Below are positions 55,801 to 64,000 of a stretch of DNA of 64,000 nt, one piece after another; the stretch's first letter is position 1, and the number at the start of each line of letters is the position of its first letter. Below the pieces are notes generated by a model that worked only from the letters and a program-made list of their open reading frames with translations, had not been told where the DNA came from and searched no databases. Made by a program: the position numbers and the translations under genes. Origin of the DNA: Trichoplax adhaerens (Eukaryota > Animalia > Placozoa); the NCBI RefSeq assembly GCF_000150275.1, contig NW_002060949.1:4400319-4464318 (forward strand), given 5' to 3'.

Positions 55801-58800
55801 TAAATGTACGTTTAATTATGAATCACAATATCATACGTCTTAAATAAAACAGATATTGATATCAAGATTAAATCAGTGATAATAATAATGTATACTGTAA
55901 TAGCGTACAATTAAATATCTAAAAAGATTAATGTCTGTCTAAGAATAGCACAAGAGAAATAAAGTTTTTCAAGTTTTTAGCAGCACATATGAACATGAAT
56001 TGGTAAGTCGTGATGCGAGTAATGAGCGATAGGCATTTATGAAACCGAGAAGTGTCCGGATGCAGCTCGTCGTTGGTTCTCTTACTGAAAGATTGTATCA
56101 TCTAATATTATATAATATAATTTAAATAAAGAATTATCCATCGTTAGGTACATTCATAAATATATTAATGAATACTAACTACATATCAACAATCAACTAT
56201 TTGGCTTGATTTTTAATTTAACATCGTGTCATAAAATACAATTGCCGTCTCGACAGAATCTTCCTGCCTAGCGAAGTACTCCTTGAATACTACTCTTGAG
56301 CTACAGCTCTCTCAGAGTTTTCGTTTGGTAACTTATAATAGGTTGATATGTTAATATAAAATTCGGATATACTTATTTGTACCATCGTGTATCTTGCTTT
56401 TTGGCCCTAAAGCGACAAATATTCTTATTTGCGAAATTTCGCTATCGTAATATCTCGCCGTATCATGACTCCGGAACGAATATCTCTTTATCAGAAGAGG
56501 GCTTAAATTATTCTAGCATATAGAGCATAATGTGTATCAGTATAATCAACTAAAACTTTTCATTTTTTTATTCAGAGCAATTTAAGGCATTGGCCAAGTA
56601 GTGACGTTATGCTGATGAAACTTGTAGGCATGGTAGCTTTGGATCGTTTACATATAGAATAGACAGGCTTAGCCCCTACAAAATAAATGAGCGGGAATAT
56701 AATAGCTCCAGCTTGATAATAAAGGAATGAAGTTAAATACTCAGTAAAGTTACTGAATAAATATACCGATATGCTTCATTGGTTTTATCCTACTTTTATT
56801 TCCGTTTCGGAATGAAAGTATATTAAGAAATTAATCGATTTATATTATACTATCGTTGCCTTCAGTTATTGATATCGATAATATACGAACTATTAAGTTG
56901 ATTATGATTAGAGAGTCCGCATTACTGCAATGATTGCTAACATTAACGGCTTTCTTGAATAATTGTAATCTATAGAAGCGAAATGCGAACAGATTAATAA
57001 TTTTGCGTACATTAATGTAGTATATGTATTTGACAACAGAAATACGAAAATTGTGTTATCGGCGCAATGTCATCATTCCCTTGTATTACTCTCGCTTTCA
57101 ATGAATACTTTTCTATATTTTACTTACTGATAAATGCACAAAATATAGAAAAGTATGCACTTTTTTACTATACAGATAGAGGCAGGGAAGGGACAAACTA
57201 TTGAATACGGCTTATGTGGCACGCATATCAAACTGTTCTTAAGTGTTAAATTTCTTTCACTCTTAAATATACAATCTGCTATCTCACTCGTCAGCTGTGT
57301 AGAGTATTGAAATGCATCAATTCCAAGTGTTATTTAATTCTTTAGCTATCATAATTAATCAGCAATTTATTATAACTCATTATTGCCGGTAACTTACGTT
57401 AGAGACGTAGATTTCCATCACTATTTCGCTTTTGTCATTTATACATTATAGTAATTATTACACTAGGTATGCGTATACAGTATATGTATTTAATGTTCAC
57501 GTTGTTAAATTTTTTTTATTTAGACATGAAAGCAATCATGATGTATTCATCTTCTTATTATTATCACAACTAAAGCATTATTACTAGTATTCTTTTCTCC
57601 GCATTTACCCATTGATAATCAAGAAATTGTTCATTGAGAGAAGACTGGTAGCAAAAGTGAAAAAGAAAGGACAAAAATTAATAGGAAGAATAATAGAACT
57701 GTCAAGATAATAAAGATGAAATGAGAACATAATGAAATCTCTTGTTTTATCTGATCATTATATCACAGTAATTTTTCTTTCTTTAGTTTGTCCAGGATAG
57801 AGTAATACATTACCAGTTGATCGATAGAGTATGATAGTTTATTATTTCTTCTTCCTGTAATTCTATCAATTTAAAGTGTATTATTCCTTTTCTTATAAGT
57901 AAAACTACAACATTAAATATTTACTGGGATATGGACCAATTATTATTTACTGTCGCTATAGTGACAAGAATAGTCAATTACTATATGAGTTAGTTCATGT
58001 TTTATTCTTGGCCTTTATATCTATCTTCTCTTGATCTACGTGCAAGAATGAGAGTTATTTTTAAGTTTATTCCTTTTATCTGCTTATTTCATTCCCTCCC
58101 ACTTTTTATTGACTCTGAACATCGTCAGAAGCAGTCGGCTGATGATTAACAATTAGTCAATCACCAATCGCAAGTTTCATCAAAATCATCTATCAATAAA
58201 GATCGTCGATTATAAATTATCGATCTACGCTATTAAGGGCTTTACCTTGGCGTAGGAATTAAAGCGTACTGGTTAGTGATTAGTAACTTCCATATCTCGA
58301 CGGATATACATTTTTGCATCAAGTTTCGTCGTTGTCCCTTTCGTATTTCATCTCATTTTTATGAGAGAGACGGTGAAGCTTTTTCATCTGCTTTTTTTGT
58401 GGCCCCATTAAGGTTAAATCTTTAATGTGATGCGCTTACTTTGTTCTTGGACACTCTCGTTTCTTGGCGTTATGGACCGACCTTAAATTTATGTATCATT
58501 TAAGAGGATGATGGTGATTACAGATCTATTTTCATCAGCGAAACAAATCGATTTCATTCTTTCTTACTGTAACTTTTGGTAGTTTATTAAAGCAGTACGA
58601 AGTTGCTGGAAAGTGTAGTAATCGTTAACGTCGTCATATTATCAAGTAACTGGGATAAAGAAAATTTGTTACTTCGTCGGTTCAGCATCAAACAATATGT
58701 AAGTTTTCCGCGTATTACCTTCACTACAGTAACATTAATTCAACGGCGCGACATTTATGACATCGACAATGTAATACTTTAGAATTGCTAGAAAGAGAAG

Positions 58801-60884
58801 TTTTGATGATACATAAGTAGGATCATTCCTGTAACTTAAACATAATGAATTACGGGAATACTGTAAAATTCATACAGGGTCATTAATATTTGTATATCTG
58901 TTCGTACCAACCGGAGACAACGTACATTTTACAGTATGCTAATAGTCCACAACATATACATTAGCCTCAGTTATTTTATAATCTCCATATTTTAATTCAG
59001 TAAATTCATGTTTTACGTTTCATATAATTGGTTATAATTTTTTCGTTGTAAAAAGGCATGAATTATAAAAATTTTTTCTAACCTTTTATGATTTAAAAGT
59101 TTGAAAAATGTTCATTTATTACCAGTATACCTAATTTACTGTGTTTTATTATCCATCGTACTCTGAAATTGAAAAGTGAATTATCGAATAACGTTATTAC
59201 TTCATATCGATTGTAAATTGACTACACATAGGACTACATTGCCATCCTAACCTTATGGGGATGGATAATTTAGGATAATGAATTAAATGAGTGTACGACG
59301 AACATACGTACTCATTCCCATACAGTCGGGGCCTATAACTCTGATCAGGGCTAATGATTTTACTACTTTGAACAATTCTGAAGTACAATTTAAATTTAGT
59401 AGAAATCATTTGTACGTTGCATATGTCGAAAGAGTTGGGGATATTGTTGTTTAGGCGTACACTCAAAAAATGACTTTGGTATACATACGGGGGATACGAA
59501 AATACTGTCGTATTTTATTCCAATTTTACTTGGGAAGACTAAAATGTTGGTTATACGCACATTATAATTTAGACTGGATGTATAAATTTAAATCCTTATT
59601 GAAGCATATAAGGACGATATTAAAATATCCAGACTGGAAATTTTTACTTCTAAACAATACCAATTCATTTTAACAGGAACTGCTCGCATATTACTTTTTT
59701 CTTTCCAAAAATGCTAACGTTGTACGATAGTTGTCTTACTGATTGGTAAAAATTTCGATGCATTCATTTAAAAATTGGAAATTTTTCACAAAATGCTATT
59801 ATAACTATAGTGGTTAACTTGAGTGAAATCGATAGTAAATGTGAAACTGCAATTGAGAGCCTACGCGTTAGTAACAGCATATTTTTTTTTTTTTTTGAAC
59901 ATATCAAGATACATTTTATATACGCGTATATGGGTCATTTTGCGTTTAAAGCTCTACGCCACTACGCGATCTCAAGTAGTCATGGTAGAGCATATAAATG
60001 TATAGATTGTCAAAAGGGCCACGAACCTCAGAGGCAACATGGTATAGAGTAGTAACGGTACTGTATGGTAGTATGTACAACAAAGAGGTATACCACCTAT
60101 GGCATTGTTAGAAACATACCAAGAGCTCTGGTTTTTGGTTGGCAAGGATCTATTGTGAAATAAAATACGTACAGTAGAGTATTGTACTGTTTCACAACGT
60201 TGCACCTGTTCTCCGCGGATCATATACCCTCAGTTAGCCAGCGACGGCTTATTCTAGTATCTTACTAGTACTTTCCAATTTCTAAAGTTAACCAATATAC
60301 AGTTTTATGAATCAGCAATCTGTGATAAATAACAAATATACTACTAGGGCGTTCAAATTGAGTGATGATTAGTTGTGATTACGTCCCACAAGTTAACACG
60401 TCATTAAACCTTTAACGCGTACGTTTTTACAATAATGGTATGTACGAAAAAGATCGCACAAGCGCAAACGGTTGGATAGAGGCTTTATGTCAAATTGGAA
60501 TCTGTATGGTAGTAGTTGAATGGTAAACTTCTAGGCAATGTTCTACTCGTTTTGGATAATGAATCACTGAAATTTATAATCGTATATGCAGTACAGTAGA
60601 AATTTGACAGTGTGTATTTACTGTTAGCGACATAGCTCTTACATCTATTACTATGGTTAGCAACATTTATTTATGAATGTTTTTAACTTAATTGAAGCGA
60701 TTTATTATAATTATAATAATAATCGTTCGTACGCAATTCCGATCAACTGACGGCAGTAGGCTGCTCTAAAATGTACATGTACTGTATTGGATTATGCAGT
60801 GCTGAATACTCGTCAGTGCGCGTTGTTGCAGGCCTTCTGCTACATCTGTGCCGTACTGCATCTTGGAAAAGGCTCTTTTCAGAC

Positions 60885-61565
60885 GTCGAGTACTGTACTG
60901 AAGAAGCCCTAATCTTTGAGTGAACTGTATGGATAGAAATGGTTGTACTGTACTGTAGAGATAGCAATAAATTTCATTGATACTTTTATTACAATATCTG
61001 ATACGAAAGTAACATTGCTGTACTGTATTAACAAGATATACCATGCTGATTTATCTTGTCTCTCACAGAGTCTCCCAAGAGTCTCCCAACTTTTCATTAG
61101 ATTGTTAAAATAGAAAAAGAAAGAAATGAAATGGCAATCTGCCTACCGCAGCTGTACATACAGTACAATGGCGGTGTACAGTACTGGACTGTGGATACGG
61201 TATACTGTACTGTACAGTACAGGTGTTACAGCTCTGTCAACTTCTGTGACTTGTGCCCAATAAAGCGCGACGTGACGGTATCGGTAGTGGTATCGTACCC
61301 AACAGACCGTACAGTACAGTATTTCATAAAACTGAGCAGTCTCAAATCTCGACTTCATTCATTGTGAAGGAAACTGTTGCACGGTACGGTACGGGACAGT
61401 ACGGTACAGTGCTGCTACTGCACAGTACATCTTGTACTGTACAGTACTGTGTACTGTACAGTGAGTCGAGTTTCTCTTCTGATAGTACTGTACTGTACTG
61501 TACCGTCTGTACGCTACAATCGTTAATGTGCGTACCGTCCGTGGGCACTGTTTGTACAATGTACA
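60885..61565. repeat. TACAG/TACTG/TACGG island with no identified adjacent gene
   Basis: Dense pentamer mosaic. It explains the spurious TVQYS/YCTV ORFs in the track. Confidence 0.85.
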
Positions 61566-62610
61566 TAGTTACCAAGGACGTGTGTCATTAAAAAGTCTTT
61601 TTATTGCTCACTGTCAGTGAAGAGTGAATACATTAAAATATATACGCTTTCATTTTTGATTAATATAATCGTACGTATAATCTATTGTACTGGGAATACA
61701 AGTCCTGAACCAAAATAAATATGGCTGATGGTTGGAAAATTAGAAAAAATATTATTACGGTAATGCTAATTAGAATATTGAATGTTATCATTGAATAACT
61801 GACTTGAAACGATATCCAAATACCCATATTGTACTGTATTTTAGTCGATGTTGAACTAGATAGGCGTGCGTTACGGTTGTTAAGTAGGTATACAGTACAC
61901 TGAGTACAGTAGAAGGGTGTAGAAGATTCGGATGTCGTCGCATAAATTTTCATAGACAAGAGTCTCTGTCAACTGTAAAGCATGCATTTGTCATAGATCT
62001 TTGGATTTTGTAAAGCTGCTATCTATAATAGAAAAAGCGTCATATGATATTGCCTTATGACTGTCTTATCGTTCCGTTGATTTCTTTTACTTTTTACTTT
62101 TTGATTGTGCTGGATATTTTGCGATAGTTTTACTATCCGGGGATTCAACAAACGTGGACTAGTAAGGTTGTACTGTACCATACAGTGTTACTATACATAC
62201 TACTGTACACTGTACACTGTACAGGACAGTATTCTCACAGTGCTGTAGTAAAGAGAGACACAATAGAAATTCTATAGTATTGCTGCTATTTTTGCATCTA
62301 CAAGTCAAGAGTGAAACGGCTTGATTTTTGTTGTTGTTCAAGTTGGATACTTTTCCGATATTGTTTTAACTATAAGTACAGTATAAGAAAGCAGTGAACT
62401 CTACCGACTTGATGGAGATCGATGGATCCTTTTTTGTTATAAATGCTAGTCATAATTTTTAAATCCACCTTTAATTTTGAGAAGATACTGTACTTGTACG
62501 GGCTAATCGAAGGTTCTCCGACTTGACTGACTACAATATGCGTAAATGCTGCTCTGACACTATCTTCATAGGCATTGTGTAGGGATGAATTAGACGCGTG
62601 CCGTACTGTA

Positions 62611-62660
62611 NNNNNNNNNNNNNNNNNNNNNNNNNNNNNNNNNNNNNNNNNNNNNNNNNN
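62611..62660. other. Assembly gap (50 N)
   Basis: Run of n characters. Confidence 1.
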
Positions 62661-63876
62661 TCAAAAAAATATCTTGTGATATTGTAGAAGGCTAACAGTA
62701 ATCTGTTTAACGGGAAAATTCAATTTACTAATTTGATTGAAATCAGAATGAAAATGATCATCAATTAAAATGCTACGCCGCTTTCGCTGAGCTGATAACA
62801 AATCAGTACAGTCACAGTACTGTACTGTACTAATAAATCAATCAATTATAACGAACGAACAAGTCAATCTTTGTACATGTACGTTGTTTGTTGTACAGCA
62901 CTCCCGGTATAGAGTACTGTAAACTGACTACGGTCTATCGTACCTTAAGCTACAGTACTTCTTGATAGCGTGACCGTTAATAAAGCAGCGGCGTCTTGAT
63001 GATCATTGTACTGTACAGTGTACAGTGAGTGTACTGTACAGTACACTGTACACTATACTGTATGCAGTACATACTGTACAGTGTACTGTACATGTGTAAG
63101 ATTACATGATTGATAAACATTGCAAATGATACCGTTAACCCCTCTAGGCTGCAGCCTATAGGCAGATACAGTACTGTACGCTAGCGGTACATTGCGGTAC
63201 AGTTCTGTACTTAATTATTGGCATCTCATCCAGGAACGCTCAAAACTTCGCGCATGCTTGATTTTAGGACATTATTGATGCACTGCATGCTGTGTATACC
63301 GTACGGTATGTGTTCGGTAGACCTAAACATTTCCCTCGAGAAATGAAATGACTGGATCTAGTGTCCGATTTTATTTCTTAATTGATTGACTGGCCAAACT
63401 CGTTTCACGGATAAAGCGATTTTAAGTGAATAAGCATTAATAAGATTTGATTTTGCGTGACAGACGGAACGGTGATCGGATAATTAGATATCAAACCAAA
63501 CTACCGTACAGTACTGTACACTGTACAGTAATAGCTACAGTATAATACTGTACAGTAGAAGAACAGTAATAATGATTTACAGTACAGTACAGTACTGTAG
63601 AATTAATAAAATTTGATTTTGGGTGCCAGACGGAAGCATGGTCGGATAATTAGACATCAAATCAAACTACAGTAAACAGCAGTGTGCTGTAGTGTTCTGT
63701 ACTATTTTTCTGAGATAATAGCTATACAGTACAGTGCAGTATACTAGAAGACAGTAATAATGATTTTGAGTTAATTAATAAGCATTAATAAGATTTGATT
63801 CTGTGTGGCAGACGGAACGGTGGTCGGATAATTGGATATCAAAGCAAACTACAGTAAACAGCACCGCACTCTTCTC
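62661..63876. repeat. Dispersed repeat copy B (left end cut by the gap)
   Basis: Same orientation as 12583-~13640 and nearly identical to it. Subrepeats at ~63429, ~63600 and ~63777. Confidence 0.9.
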
Positions 63877-64000
63877 TTAAAGTTATTCAGCTTTATATTG
63901 GTATAATTCTTATTACATTTTGATTCACACTCGTGATTTTAGGGTACCTTAAAGTACTCTGATTCGAACTGGTTCACACTCAGTACTGTTTTTTAAGATA

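Noticed and set aside
53500-58700. Possible coding exons (e.g. 54638-54922, ~55567-55740, ~56380-56505)
   Set aside because: Stops interrupt the candidate frames, and no coherent spliced protein or family motif was found.

Overview
AT-rich, intron-dense animal genomic DNA. The compact gene spacing, short GT-AG introns, AP-2 gene and sterol-pathway gene suggest a non-bilaterian, most likely a placozoan such as Trichoplax; this is inference and was not verified. Seven spliced genes can be rebuilt by hand: the 5' part of a spectraplakin (-, runs off the left edge), SIGMAR1 (-) head-to-head with EIF3H (+), an AP-2/TFAP2 gene (+) behind a ~13 kb gene-free region, EI24 (-) head-to-head with squalene epoxidase SQLE (+), and POP5 (-). 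The most striking non-coding signal is a set of mixed-orientation TACAG/TACTG pentamer islands at the 5' ends of the housekeeping genes. Repeat copies show these islands changing length at TAC/TACWGTA seeds. Also present: a cluster of SRE-like and CCAAT elements upstream of SQLE, a 123 bp TTAA-flanked piggyBac-like MITE, a ~1.1-1.3 kb element duplicated 50 kb apart, several hairpins, and a 50-N gap at 62611-62660. The gene set matches linkages kept in vertebrate paralogons (plakin-TFAP2; PLEC-EIF3H-SQLE). No gene could be supported in 53000-62600.
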